From the NCBI GenBank assembly GCA_964449285.1, contig CAYUZX010000004.1, positions 1,070-65,069 of the forward strand: a stretch of DNA of 64,000 bases, given 5' to 3'. Below are positions 55,033 through 64,000 of this stretch, one piece after another (position 1 is the first letter of the stretch; every line of letters begins with the position of its first letter). This stretch comes from an uncultured Prolixibacteraceae bacterium. GTDB lineage: Bacteria; Bacteroidota; Bacteroidia; Bacteroidales; FEN-979. Below the pieces are notes generated by a model, which saw only the letters and a list, made by a program, of their open reading frames with translations, ran no database searches and was not told the DNA's origin. A program made the position numbers and the translations under genes.

Positions 55033-56214
55033 ATGGCAGAAACAATTCAATTTACGGCTCCTGATCACTACTTGGTAGATGATCTGCTTGCCGATGAACA
55101 CAAGATTGTCCGCAATGCTGTTCGTGCCTGGGTGAACCGGTATGTGAAACCAATTATTGAAGAGAATTTTGAGAAAGCCCAGTTTCCAATACAGCTGGTG
55201 AAAGAGATGGGACGGATAGGCGCCTTCGGTCCATTTATTCCGGAAGAGTATGGTGGGCCGGGTCTCGACTACATTTCATACGGATTGATCATGCAGGAGC
55301 TTGAGCGGGGCGACTCTGGTGTACGTTCCATGGCTTCGGTGCAATCCTCCCTGGTCATGTTCCCTATCTATTCTTATGGAACTGAAGAGCAGAAAAAAAA
55401 GTACCTGCCTCGCCTGGCTACTGGCGAACTCATCGGTTGTTTCGGTCTCACGGAGCCCAATCACGGCTCCGATCCAGGTGGCATGAAGACCCACGTACAG
55501 GATAAGGGTGACCATTACCTCCTGAATGGCTCTAAGATGTGGATTACCAACTCCAGCATTGCCGATGTGGCAGTCGTTTGGGCCAAAGATGAAGAGGGTG
55601 TGATCCGGGGATTCATCGTAAAGAAGGGATGGGAAGGTTTTACCGCCCTGGAAACACACGGAAAATGGTCGTTACGGGCATCCGTAACCGGAGAACTTGT
55701 ATTCGACAATGTGAAGGTTCCGAAAGATCATATCCTGCCAAACGTAAAAGGGTTGAAAGGGCCTCTCAGCTGCCTCAATTCAGCCCGGTTCGGGATTGCC
55801 TGGGGAGCTATCGGAGCCGCCATGGATTGTTATGATGCCGCGTTGCGGTATTCTCTCGAACGGATTCAGTTCGACAGGCCCATTGCTGGATTTCAGCTTC
55901 AGCAGAAAAAACTGGCAGAAGCCCTCACCGAAATCACCAAGGCGCAATTGCTTGCATGGCGGATGGGAACGCTGCGAAATGAAGGCCGGGTTACAGCTGC
56001 CCAGATCTCTATGGCCAAGAGGAACAATGTTGCCATGGCGCTCAACATTGCCAGGGAAACACGCCAGATCCTGGGAGCGATGGGGATCACCAACGACTTC
56101 CCGATGATGCGTCATATGATGAATCTCGAATCTGTGATCACCTACGAAGGGACACATGATATCCATCTGCTGATTACGGGAGCGGAGATTACAGGACTAC
56201 AGGCTTATAAGTAG
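55033..56214 (+). CDS. gcdH: Acyl-CoA dehydrogenase, glutaryl-CoA dehydrogenase-like
   Basis: 393 aa; GCFGLTEPNHGSDPGGMKT and YEGTHDIHLLI motifs. Confidence 0.85.
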   Translation: MAETIQFTAPDHYLVDDLLADEHKIVRNAVRAWVNRYVKPIIEENFEKAQFPIQLVKEMGRIGAFGPFIPEEYGGPGLDYISYGLIMQELERGDSGVRSMASVQSSLVMFPIYSYGTEEQKKKYLPRLATGELIGCFGLTEPNHGSDPGGMKTHVQDKGDHYLLNGSKMWITNSSIADVAVVWAKDEEGVIRGFIVKKGWEGFTALETHGKWSLRASVTGELVFDNVKVPKDHILPNVKGLKGPLSCLNSARFGIAWGAIGAAMDCYDAALRYSLERIQFDRPIAGFQLQQKKLAEALTEITKAQLLAWRMGTLRNEGRVTAAQISMAKRNNVAMALNIARETRQILGAMGITNDFPMMRHMMNLESVITYEGTHDIHLLITGAEITGLQAYK

Positions 56215-56247
56215 GGAGGTAGCGAAATAAAATCCAAAGCAATATAT

Positions 56248-56255
56248 TATCTTTG
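56248..56255 (+). promoter_or_regulatory. -7 box TATCTTTG upstream of ispG
   Basis: Matches TAnnTTTG, 21 nt upstream of the ATG at 56276. Confidence 0.4.
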
Positions 56256-56275
56256 TCCTGAACGAGATAAATCCG

Positions 56276-57631
56276 ATGTCCGAAAATCCTTTCAAACGAT
56301 TTCCTACGCGTGTGATCCAAATAGGCGACCTGCCAATGGGTGGTTCTTATCCTATCCGCGTTCAGTCGATGACCAATACCGACACCCAGAACACGGAGGG
56401 AACGGTGGCCCAGGCGATCCGTATGATCGAAGCAGGTTGTGAATATGTCCGAATCGCTGTGCCCGGGATGAAAGATGTAGAGAACCTCCGGGAGATCAAG
56501 AAGCGAATCCGTGCAGCCGGATTTACCACTCCACTGATTGCCGATGTTCATCTCAACCCTAAGATCGCGGAATTTGCTGCTACCATCGTGGAAAAGGTGA
56601 GGATCAACCCGGGGAACTATCTGCCAGGGTCGAGGGTAGAGGGTAGAGGGTCGAAAGACGAAGGTCGAAAGACGAAGGACGAGGGACGAGGGACGAGGGA
56701 CGAGGGACAGGGTTCAAGGGTCAAGGGTCAAGGGTCAAAGATCCAGGAGCCAGAACCGATGCGAAGCGGAGTTCGGCGAAGCCAATCCAGCTCTCCAATC
56801 ATCATAAATCCGGTATCCGGTATCCGGCATCCGGTATCAGATCAGCAGTATTTCGATGAACTATCGTTCCGTCTGGCACCTCTGTTAAAGATTTGCCGGG
56901 ATCATGGAACGGCTGTCCGTATCGGGGTGAACCACGGATCGCTTTCTGATCGGATCATGGAACAATATGGAGATACGCCGAAAGGGATGGTTGAATCGGC
57001 GCTGGAGTTTGCCCGGATCTGTGAAGTTCACAACTTCCGAAACCTTGTATTATCGCTTAAAGCCTCCAACACCCGTGCGATGATTCAGGCAAACCGGCTG
57101 CTGGTTAAGCGGATGAAAGCAGAGGGAATGGATTATCCCTTACACCTTGGTGTTACCGAAGCCGGAGCCGGAGAGGATGGCCGGTTGAAGTCGGCCGTGG
57201 GGATCGGTAGCCTGCTGGCCGACGGGATTGGCGATACGATCAGGGTATCAATCACCGAAGATCCGGAACAAGAGATCCCGGTAGCTTACGGTATCCTCCA
57301 GGCAACAGGCGTTCGTATCACCCGTACCGAATACATCTCCTGCCCAACCTGTGCCCGTACACTTTTCGATATGCAGGTGTCAGTACAAAAAATCAAAGAG
57401 CTGACCCGTCACCTCTCCGGATTGAAAATCGCCGTGATGGGATGCATCGTGAACGGTCCGGGCGAAATGGCCGATGCCCACTACGGATATGTTGGAGCCG
57501 GCAAAGGGAAAGTGAACCTCTACAAAGGCCAGAATCTGGTGAAAAAGAATATCGATGAATCGGTGGCGGTAGAAGAGCTGATTGAGTTGATTAAAGAGGG
57601 CGGAGACTGGAAAGACAATGAGCAAGAATGA
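56276..57631 (+). CDS. ispG: 4-hydroxy-3-methylbut-2-enyl diphosphate synthase (IspG/GcpE), carrying a repeat-derived insertion
   Basis: 451 aa; motifs IRVQSMTNT, RINPGN, RIGVNHGSL, GVTEAG, ISCPTCAR, GCIVNGPGE. The loop after RINPGN is encoded by heptamer arrays (56627-56844). Confidence 0.93.
   Translation: MSENPFKRFPTRVIQIGDLPMGGSYPIRVQSMTNTDTQNTEGTVAQAIRMIEAGCEYVRIAVPGMKDVENLREIKKRIRAAGFTTPLIADVHLNPKIAEFAATIVEKVRINPGNYLPGSRVEGRGSKDEGRKTKDEGRGTRDEGQGSRVKGQGSKIQEPEPMRSGVRRSQSSSPIIINPVSGIRHPVSDQQYFDELSFRLAPLLKICRDHGTAVRIGVNHGSLSDRIMEQYGDTPKGMVESALEFARICEVHNFRNLVLSLKASNTRAMIQANRLLVKRMKAEGMDYPLHLGVTEAGAGEDGRLKSAVGIGSLLADGIGDTIRVSITEDPEQEIPVAYGILQATGVRITRTEYISCPTCARTLFDMQVSVQKIKELTRHLSGLKIAVMGCIVNGPGEMADAHYGYVGAGKGKVNLYKGQNLVKKNIDESVAVEELIELIKEGGDWKDNEQE
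56627..56738 (+). repeat. 16-unit heptamer array (GGGTCGA/GGGTAGA/AAGACGA/GGGACGA/GGGTCAA) inside the ispG coding sequence
   Basis: Units read directly from the sequence. They translate with 7-aa periodicity as GSRVEGR GSKDEGR KTKDEGR GTRDEGQ GSRVKGQ GS. Confidence 0.95.
56810..56844 (+). repeat. Heptamer array CCGGTAT x5 inside the ispG coding sequence
   Basis: ccggtat ccggtat ccggcat ccggtat cagatca; translated as PVSGIRHPVSDQ. Confidence 0.92.
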
Positions 57632-57634
57632 GCA

Positions 57635-58588
57635 TTAAAACTCACCAACCACCACCCTCAACGCCTTAGGCAGAATTTCAAAGGTAAAAGGGGTATGTCC
57701 TAGCGATTCTCCGTCAGTTTCGAGGTAGATTTTGCTGGTGGATCGAATGCGGATGGCTTTCCCCTGGAAAGTTTTGACGATCGGGAGATCGACCAAGGTG
57801 CCATCATACAACTTATTGGTGTAGCGGATGACCATCCATTTGGGCGCTTTTTTGATGAGGGTGACATCCATCAGGCCATCGTCGGGAATGGCAAAAGGCA
57901 GTTGCTTCATACCTCCTCCATTATATTTGCAGATGCCAACATTCATCGAGAAGATTTCTCCTTTGAATAAGGATTCTCCATCCACTTCGATCACGGCATC
58001 CAGAAATTTGTACTGAAACAGGCTAGCGAATATAAACCAGAAGTAAGTGAGCGGACCTCCATGCCCTTTCTCCTTGAAGAGATTGGTCTTTTTGGCAACC
58101 AGGGCATCATACCCCATGCCGGCAACATTCATGAAATAGCGTTCCAGGGATTCGTTCTTATGATAGTAGATTACCTTACCTATATCCTGAACAAACGTTC
58201 GCCTCTCTTTGAGTAGCTGAACTGCCCCTGCGAAATCAAACGGCACGTTGAACATCCTGCACCAGTCGTTGCCTGTACCTACTGGAATCATCCCTATGGT
58301 AATCTCTGAAACCGGGCAGGCCTGTTGGAGGAAGATGCCGTTGAGCACTTCGTTCAGGGTTCCGTCACCACCCACAACCGCGATAGAACGGTATCCCTCT
58401 TCTATCGCTTCCCGGGTTAAATGAATTGCGTGATCCCTGTGCTTTGTGAGTTCAAATGCGTAATCAATCGCTTCACGCTTAATAATATCAAGGATCTTCG
58501 GCCACTCTTTGGCTCCTTTTTTAACACCCGCGTTGGGATTTACAATGACCATCCAGCGGTTGGCAGGAATTTGGAGAGACTCTTCCAT
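57635..58588 (-). CDS. Diacylglycerol-kinase-family lipid kinase (YegS/BmrU type)
   Basis: 317 aa; DAGK catalytic motif VVGGDGTLNEVLNG and GTGNDW. Confidence 0.88.
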   Translation of the reverse strand: MEESLQIPANRWMVIVNPNAGVKKGAKEWPKILDIIKREAIDYAFELTKHRDHAIHLTREAIEEGYRSIAVVGGDGTLNEVLNGIFLQQACPVSEITIGMIPVGTGNDWCRMFNVPFDFAGAVQLLKERRTFVQDIGKVIYYHKNESLERYFMNVAGMGYDALVAKKTNLFKEKGHGGPLTYFWFIFASLFQYKFLDAVIEVDGESLFKGEIFSMNVGICKYNGGGMKQLPFAIPDDGLMDVTLIKKAPKWMVIRYTNKLYDGTLVDLPIVKTFQGKAIRIRSTSKIYLETDGESLGHTPFTFEILPKALRVVVGEF

Positions 58589-58692
58589 AAACCAAAATTG
58601 TAAATTTGCGTTGCAAGGTAATTAAATAATTCATGACAATCCATGTGCAATCCATAACAATTAATTTGTATCTTTATCCAAACCTTCCCACC

Positions 58693-59310
58693 ATGAAAAA
58701 GCTATCGATTCTATTGGTATTAATGGCTGTTACTACGTTTGCGACCGCCCAGGAGAAGACCCGGAAATCCAGGACATTCAACTACTTCAACCGAACGGAA
58801 GCTGGCGTTTCGTTCGGTGTGGGTAATTTCAAAACAGATATCCTGAATGGGATACAGAAGAGCAGCAAAAACAACGAGATTGTCGTTGCTTTTCAAACCA
58901 TCAACGGAATTGCATACCATGGCCGCATTGGACTGGGAGTCGGGATCGGAGTGGAAAGTTGGCGGGATGGCCTCTTCTTTCCGGTTTTCGGACAACTGCA
59001 TTACGATCTCAAGCCGAGAGACAAAACCTTTTATGGCCAGTTAAGCCTGGGTTCTGGCATTGGCACCCGTTACAGTACTACATTTTTCCAGAAGGGTACC
59101 GGAGGGCTGATGTTCCAGGCAGGAATCGGTTATAAGATGAAAGTATTCAAACGGTTGCGATTCTATTATGAGGTGTTTTACAAGTACCAGTCGATCGCTT
59201 CGGCTTATGAAGACAAAATTGCCACTTCAGATACAACCATGGTCCGGAATGTCGACTACAAAGTACCCTTAAGTTTTCTTGGCTTCAAAATCGGTATCAG
59301 CTTCTATTAA
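58693..59310 (+). CDS. Outer-membrane beta-barrel (porin-family) protein
   Basis: I trimmed the start to 58693 (MKKLSILLVLMAVTTFATAQ signal peptide). Alternating beta-strand pattern with a terminal aromatic (...GISFY). Confidence 0.7.
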   Translation: MKKLSILLVLMAVTTFATAQEKTRKSRTFNYFNRTEAGVSFGVGNFKTDILNGIQKSSKNNEIVVAFQTINGIAYHGRIGLGVGIGVESWRDGLFFPVFGQLHYDLKPRDKTFYGQLSLGSGIGTRYSTTFFQKGTGGLMFQAGIGYKMKVFKRLRFYYEVFYKYQSIASAYEDKIATSDTTMVRNVDYKVPLSFLGFKIGISFY

Positions 59311-60974
59311 AGCGGATCCTGGTCCCTTCGTCCGAAGAGGAGAAAAGCAAAGAAGAAGTAGAAGAAGCTCACCCCTGCCTGTGATTCCAGTGTGTCCTCC
59401 GTGAGCATAGAGAGCATGGCGATGATGAAGAAGGTGAGAAAGAAATAGTCCCGAAACCCTCTTTTCACTACTGCAGGGTATATCAGGGAAAAAAGAAACC
59501 ATGCCAGGCCGATAAACCCAAAACCAATCAGGATAGATAGATACTGATTATGGGATCGCCACCATTGTGCCGATGCCAGTTTGGTATCCATCTTTTCATA
59601 CTGCTCCACAAACGCATGATTCATATCACCCGTGCCAACACCGGAAAGCCAGTGTTCTGAGATGATTCCTCCGCTGGCTTTCCAGAATTCCAAACGTTGC
59701 ATCAGTGATGAGCCTGTGGGGTCGTCCGTAGCAAGGTATGTTTCATACCCCATCAATAACTCATAGATCCGGCCCCGCAGACTTAGCCGGTTTAAGTTAA
59801 CCACATTAGCGATACCACGTTCGATCGCTTCAATATCTTCATTAGTAAGCTTTTCTATCCCGCCAGCGTCTTTCCGGTAACCTTTTGACGTGAGGTACCG
59901 CATGAGAGTAAATTGCACCTTCTGTCCCTTCAAGTCTGCACTGTCGAATTGGATCTCTGATCGTTTGCTCCACCCCTCACGAAGCTCATCCCACTGGATG
60001 TAGATCCACAAATAATGTCCGTTTTCAGTTTGCTTACTCTGAGGGTTATGTGTGTAAGGATTGCCTAGTGGCGAAATCGTATCAAGGGCGCTGAAATCCA
60101 CTGTCTCAACCGTATAATAGTCCCGAACAATCGACTTTAAATAGAGCCCTCCTCCACCCAGCATAATTACAATTGATAAAATACAACCGGTTTTCAGCCA
60201 GATTCTCCGGCTCCTGAAGGTATAGATTACCAGCAGAATGAGGAGGGTGATCAGAAAAACGCTCAGCCCTGTGAAAGACCTGGAGATTACCAGATAGATA
60301 AGAAACCAGATGATCAGGGTGAAGGCTGATAATTTTATCCAGATCGAAACTCTCTTTTTGCGGATCATGAAATAGCCTGCCATAAAGAGAGCCATGCTGA
60401 TCATCAGGCCAAGGATGATGTGGGAGATATGCCCCGAGATATCGCGGATATCAATGAACTCAAAGTTAAATAGTTTCCAGGTATTGGCCAGGGTGACAAC
60501 TACCAGGTTAACAACGAAGATCATCATAAAGCGGTAAAAATCACTCCTGCCAAATGCTTTGGATGTGGCAAAATAGATTGGCAGGATCAGCATTGGCGCC
60601 TTTGTCCTAAGATCCTTAACCGCATATCCAAAATCGGATGTAAAGAAAAGTCCAAGGATGTGCAGCAGGTAGACTGAAGCGAGGATCATAGCGGGCTTGT
60701 TCCGGAAGAAGACCCTGAATCCTCTTCCCATACTTTCAAACCAAAGCATCAGTGTATAGGGGAATGCAAGAACAATTTTCTTGAAAAGGGAGCCTTTCTG
60801 GAAAAACCCAAGAAATTTCGTTAGGTTTACCCGTTCCAGGATCCAGGCGCCAGTAACAGTCCACATGCCAATACTTAGGATATACTTGGAAAAGGGAAGA
60901 AAGACAATGATAATGGCGATCCCAACGATGTAGGCAGTCCTGACAAAAATCTGATATCCTCTTTCGAATTTCAT
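59307..60974 (-). CDS. O-antigen ligase (Wzy_C)-family polytopic membrane protein
   Basis: 555 aa; ~10 TM with a large external loop; motif SHNQYLSILIGFGFIGLAWFL resembles the O-antigen ligase signature. Confidence 0.7.
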   Translation of the reverse strand: MKFERGYQIFVRTAYIVGIAIIIVFLPFSKYILSIGMWTVTGAWILERVNLTKFLGFFQKGSLFKKIVLAFPYTLMLWFESMGRGFRVFFRNKPAMILASVYLLHILGLFFTSDFGYAVKDLRTKAPMLILPIYFATSKAFGRSDFYRFMMIFVVNLVVVTLANTWKLFNFEFIDIRDISGHISHIILGLMISMALFMAGYFMIRKKRVSIWIKLSAFTLIIWFLIYLVISRSFTGLSVFLITLLILLVIYTFRSRRIWLKTGCILSIVIMLGGGGLYLKSIVRDYYTVETVDFSALDTISPLGNPYTHNPQSKQTENGHYLWIYIQWDELREGWSKRSEIQFDSADLKGQKVQFTLMRYLTSKGYRKDAGGIEKLTNEDIEAIERGIANVVNLNRLSLRGRIYELLMGYETYLATDDPTGSSLMQRLEFWKASGGIISEHWLSGVGTGDMNHAFVEQYEKMDTKLASAQWWRSHNQYLSILIGFGFIGLAWFLFSLIYPAVVKRGFRDYFFLTFFIIAMLSMLTEDTLESQAGVSFFYFFFAFLLFGRRDQDPL

Positions 60975-60976
60975 AA

Positions 60977-61720
60977 TCAGGCAAATGGATTTTTTCTTCC
61001 GCGGGAAAGTTTGATCCTGAAGGTTCGGAATGAGTCTGTTCCTTTGATGTCGATCCGCTTTATTTCATACTTATCTTTCAATGGTACCGGATTAATCCGG
61101 TTGCCAATCCTTACGGCAAACCAGAGTTGCATCTCCGCGAAAAGTTCTTTCATCATCCGTTTCAGCTCAGGGTCCTTTTTGGGATAACCTCCATAGGGAT
61201 AGGCCAGTACTCTACTGGTCCTGATATGATGGTATTCCATTGTATTGAAGCAGTTCTCCAGATCCTCCTTCATATCTTCAGGTGCCAGTTCAGCATAACT
61301 TCGGTGAAGAAATGAATGGATTCCAATCTCAATCGATCCATCGTCCTCAATCCGCTTCAGTTCTTCAGCCGTAAGGATCTTTTCACTTCCATGATCCCAG
61401 AGGTTCGTTTTGCCCAAGAAGGCGACAGGCACGAACAGCGTTGCCTTCAACTGCAACCGTTTCAGGATTGGGAGCGCATGTGTTCGAAAATTTTCATAAG
61501 CATCATCAAAGGTGATGATAACCGGTCGCTGCGGCAGCTTTTTCCCTGTTTCGATCGACTCTTTCAGATCAAGGAACGAGATGGTTTCGTACCCTTTTTC
61601 TAACAGGAACGCCAGTTCAAGCTCAAGCATATCTGCTGTTACCGTCAACCCGTCAGGCTGGGAATCCGAAACCTTATGGTACATCAGGATTGGCAAACCG
61701 CTATGTGAGAAGAGACTCAC
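60977..61720 (-). CDS. Polysaccharide deacetylase (NodB-homology) family protein
   Basis: 247 aa; ITFDDAYENF and HSFLH motifs. Confidence 0.85.
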   Translation of the reverse strand: MSLFSHSGLPILMYHKVSDSQPDGLTVTADMLELELAFLLEKGYETISFLDLKESIETGKKLPQRPVIITFDDAYENFRTHALPILKRLQLKATLFVPVAFLGKTNLWDHGSEKILTAEELKRIEDDGSIEIGIHSFLHRSYAELAPEDMKEDLENCFNTMEYHHIRTSRVLAYPYGGYPKKDPELKRMMKELFAEMQLWFAVRIGNRINPVPLKDKYEIKRIDIKGTDSFRTFRIKLSRGRKNPFA

Positions 61721-62475
61721 CGCTTCTCCTCCCGTAATTCAATGGATTTAGCGATCTTTAGGGAGGCATATAAGGCTGCCAGAAGCGACCATATGAAGCC
61801 GGGATACCCGTCCAGAATTCCCGCTTTGCAGAAGTAAAACTGAAGAAAGCTGATCGGGAACTTCAGGATCATCCAGGTTTTTGAGAAACGTTTTCCCTCA
61901 TGGATATAACCCTCTGCTGCACGGCTGGTATAGTAATTGATCTTCCCGAGGTGGTGTGTCAGATCACGATACGAGTAGTGCAAAACCTCTCCATGCAACC
62001 TCCTGATCTTTCCTGCCACTTCAATTCCTTCGTGAACCTTAACTTTCGTAAATCCGCCGAAGTTCCGGTTAAATAGCCGGAGATGGAAATCGCTTCCGGC
62101 TCCGCCATGCTTCAGCCTTCTCCCCAGGTAGACCAGCGAGAAACAGATCTCAAACCCTACTTCATCAATTGACAGCTGGCTGAAGAGCGACCTGATCTCC
62201 TCCTGCAATTCAGGTGTTGCCACCTCATCGGCGTCGATAGAGAAAATCCAGTCATAGGAGGCCTGATCAACTGCAAACTGTTTCTGGGTGCCATATCCGT
62301 CGAATTCGCGGGGAATCACGCGGCATCCCAAAGAACGGCAAATCTCAGCGGTCCGGTCGGTCGACATCGAGTCAATAACCACAATCTCAGAAGCCAGTTC
62401 TTTTATAGAATCTATGCAGCGGTGAATGTTTTGCTCTTCGTTGAAAGCAATAATGATAACCGAAATATCGGTCAT
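61717..62475 (-). CDS. Family 2 glycosyltransferase
   Basis: I trimmed the start to the ATG at 62475 (MTDISVIIIAFNEE...); DxD-like motif SIDADE. Confidence 0.85.
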   Translation of the reverse strand: MTDISVIIIAFNEEQNIHRCIDSIKELASEIVVIDSMSTDRTAEICRSLGCRVIPREFDGYGTQKQFAVDQASYDWIFSIDADEVATPELQEEIRSLFSQLSIDEVGFEICFSLVYLGRRLKHGGAGSDFHLRLFNRNFGGFTKVKVHEGIEVAGKIRRLHGEVLHYSYRDLTHHLGKINYYTSRAAEGYIHEGKRFSKTWMILKFPISFLQFYFCKAGILDGYPGFIWSLLAALYASLKIAKSIELREEKR

Positions 62476-62486
62476 GGAGATCTCTG

Positions 62487-63278
62487 TTAGTGTATCGTAA
62501 AGGTATCCCAATCCAGTCCAAAGACAAGTGACTCTCTGAATAACCTCATGTCGTCATAATTCAGGGTGATGGTTTTCACGGCCTCCTCGCCAGCAGGCGC
62601 CTGAAACAGGATGTTTCCTTTTGGATTCACCACCATCGAATCGCCCGTATGTTGCATCCCGTTTCCATCTTCTCCAACCCTGTTAACTCCAGCCACAAAG
62701 GCAAGATTTTCGATCGCCCGGGCTAACAGCAATGCCTTCCAGGCATGAGAACGCACGATAGGCCAGTTAGCCAGGTAAAATAGCAGATCATATTCATACC
62801 CCTCCTCTGTCATCCTGTTTTTGCTCCACACCGGAAAACGCAGGTCGTAACAGATCATCGGCATCAGCTTCCATCCTTTTAGCGGAATAACGATTCGTTT
62901 ATCACCTCCCTTTAACATCCGCACTTCATCACTCAAACGAAAAAGATGCCGTTTGTCGTATGTCAGGAAATTTCCGTCTGGATAGAAAAAGAACAGCCTG
63001 TTGACATATTCTCCCTCGTCCATCACCATAAGTGTGGCTGCAACAGCCGCCTTTTTTGACATTGCCATCTCCCGGAGGAAAAGCATAGAGGGCCCATTCA
63101 TGGGTTCGGCACAAAACCCGGGATTGATCGAGAAGCCGGTGTTGAACATCTCAGGAAGCATTATCAGATCTGTCTTTTCATGGATTCCATCAATCACTTG
63201 CCGGAAGTGGTTCAGGTTTTTCTGACGCTCTTCCCAAAATAGGGCAGTCTGGATTAATGTGATGTTCAGGTTCTCCAT
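62487..63278 (-). CDS. Carbon-nitrogen hydrolase (nitrilase superfamily; omega-amidase/YafV-like)
   Basis: 263 aa; E-K-C triad context (LPEMF, YDKRHLF, ICYDLRFP). Confidence 0.88.
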   Translation of the reverse strand: MENLNITLIQTALFWEERQKNLNHFRQVIDGIHEKTDLIMLPEMFNTGFSINPGFCAEPMNGPSMLFLREMAMSKKAAVAATLMVMDEGEYVNRLFFFYPDGNFLTYDKRHLFRLSDEVRMLKGGDKRIVIPLKGWKLMPMICYDLRFPVWSKNRMTEEGYEYDLLFYLANWPIVRSHAWKALLLARAIENLAFVAGVNRVGEDGNGMQHTGDSMVVNPKGNILFQAPAGEEAVKTITLNYDDMRLFRESLVFGLDWDTFTIH

Positions 63279-63338
63279 CCGAATTTTGGTTTTCCGTGTA
63301 AAATTAACAAGAGTATGCTAAAAGCCATGTAAAAATTT

Positions 63339-63346
63339 TAATTTTG
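63339..63346 (+). promoter_or_regulatory. -7 box TAATTTTG upstream of pgk
   Basis: Matches TAnnTTTG, 25 nt upstream of the ATG at 63371. Confidence 0.4.
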
Positions 63347-63370
63347 CTTCAGTCATAAAAGATATGCGTT

Positions 63371-64000
63371 ATGCGAACGATAGATGATTTCAACTTCCGG
63401 GAAAAACGGGCGTTGATCCGTGTTGATTTTAATGTTCCCCTGGATTCCTCCTTCCAGATTACCGATGCCAGCCGGATTGATGCGGCTATCCCTACCATCA
63501 ACAAGATCCTGAACGATGGCGGGTCGGTGATCCTGATGTCACACCTGGGCCGACCAAAGAGCGGGCCGGAGGAGAAGTTCTCCCTGAGACATATCCTTCC
63601 TTATCTTTCGAAAAAGCTGGGCCGTCCTGTTAAATTTGCCGACGACTGCATCGGTCACTCCGCCGTGGAGCTGGCGGCCGGATTGCAGCCGGGAGATGTG
63701 TTGCTCCTTGAAAATCTTCGTTTCTACAAAGAGGAGGAGATGGGCGATGAGGGCTTTGCACATCAGCTTGCCGACCTGGGCGATGTTTATGTCAACGATG
63801 CTTTTGGCACTGCTCACAGGGCGCATGCTTCCACCGCTATCGTTGCGAAATTCTTCCCCAATGACAAGCTGTTTGGATACATCATGAGTAATGAGATCAT
63901 CAACCTAAACAAGATCCTCAAAGATACCCCGCGCCCATTTACTGCCATCCTGGGGGGAGCCAAGGTCTCGGGCAAGATAGAGATCATCAACCACTTGATG
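63371..64000 (+). CDS. pgk: Phosphoglycerate kinase, 3' end beyond window
   Basis: Absent from the ORF track because there is no stop in the window. ATG at 63371 opens [25 protein letters not shown]...MSHLGRPK...[14 protein letters not shown], which is diagnostic of PGK. Confidence 0.95.
   Translation, partial: MRTIDDFNFREKRALIRVDFNVPLDSSFQITDASRIDAAIPTINKILNDGGSVILMSHLGRPKSGPEEKFSLRHILPYLSKKLGRPVKFADDCIGHSAVELAAGLQPGDVLLLENLRFYKEEEMGDEGFAHQLADLGDVYVNDAFGTAHRAHASTAIVAKFFPNDKLFGYIMSNEIINLNKILKDTPRPFTAILGGAKVSGKIEIINHLM

Overview
This 64-kb window looks like core chromosome from a Bacteroidota-type bacterium, probably anaerobic or facultative. The phylum call rests on a T9SS C-terminal sorting domain, TAnnTTTG -7 boxes 20-65 nt upstream of start codons, an 11-subunit nuo operon without nuoEFG, and an ExbB-ExbD-ExbD-TonB cluster with TPR and PstS-like partners. 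I saw no transposase, integrase, phage gene, cas gene, CRISPR array, tRNA or rRNA.

Gene content in order:
- A truncated AsdA-like aminotransferase and a complete RND efflux operon (adaptor, permease, TolC-like).
- A 1,733-aa ORF fusing a cation-chloride cotransporter to a ~1,000-aa extension ending in a P-loop ATPase, followed by an MscS-like channel.
- A NUDIX hydrolase.
- A seven-gene hdrCBA-mvhD-flxCBA-type Fe-S/flavin cluster.
- Two tandem TonB paralogs with ExbD, ExbD, ExbB, TPR and PstS-like genes.
- nuoABCDHIJKLMN.
- A SWIM/SNF2 helicase, a frameshifted DUF1801/YdeI gene, a four-helix-bundle (23S-IVS/Avd-like) gene, DUF3109 and ferritin.
- atpBEFHAG.
- A TolC-plus-adaptor pair, tsaB, a T9SS-sorted protein, a glutaryl-CoA-dehydrogenase-like gene, ispG and a lipid kinase.
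- A small surface-glycan cluster and the start of pgk.

Two things stand out:
- **Transporter-ATPase fusion.** I know of no characterised counterpart for the cotransporter-ATPase megaprotein with its downstream MscS-like gene.
- **Short tandem arrays.** A dense family of 7-nt and 8-nt tandem arrays, usually in pairs, fills operon spacers. These arrays supply the stop codons of nuoB and an flxB-like gene and flank the four-helix-bundle gene in inverted orientation. They also sit in frame inside the essential genes ispG and tsaB.

All functional calls come from reading motifs by eye. No database search was run.
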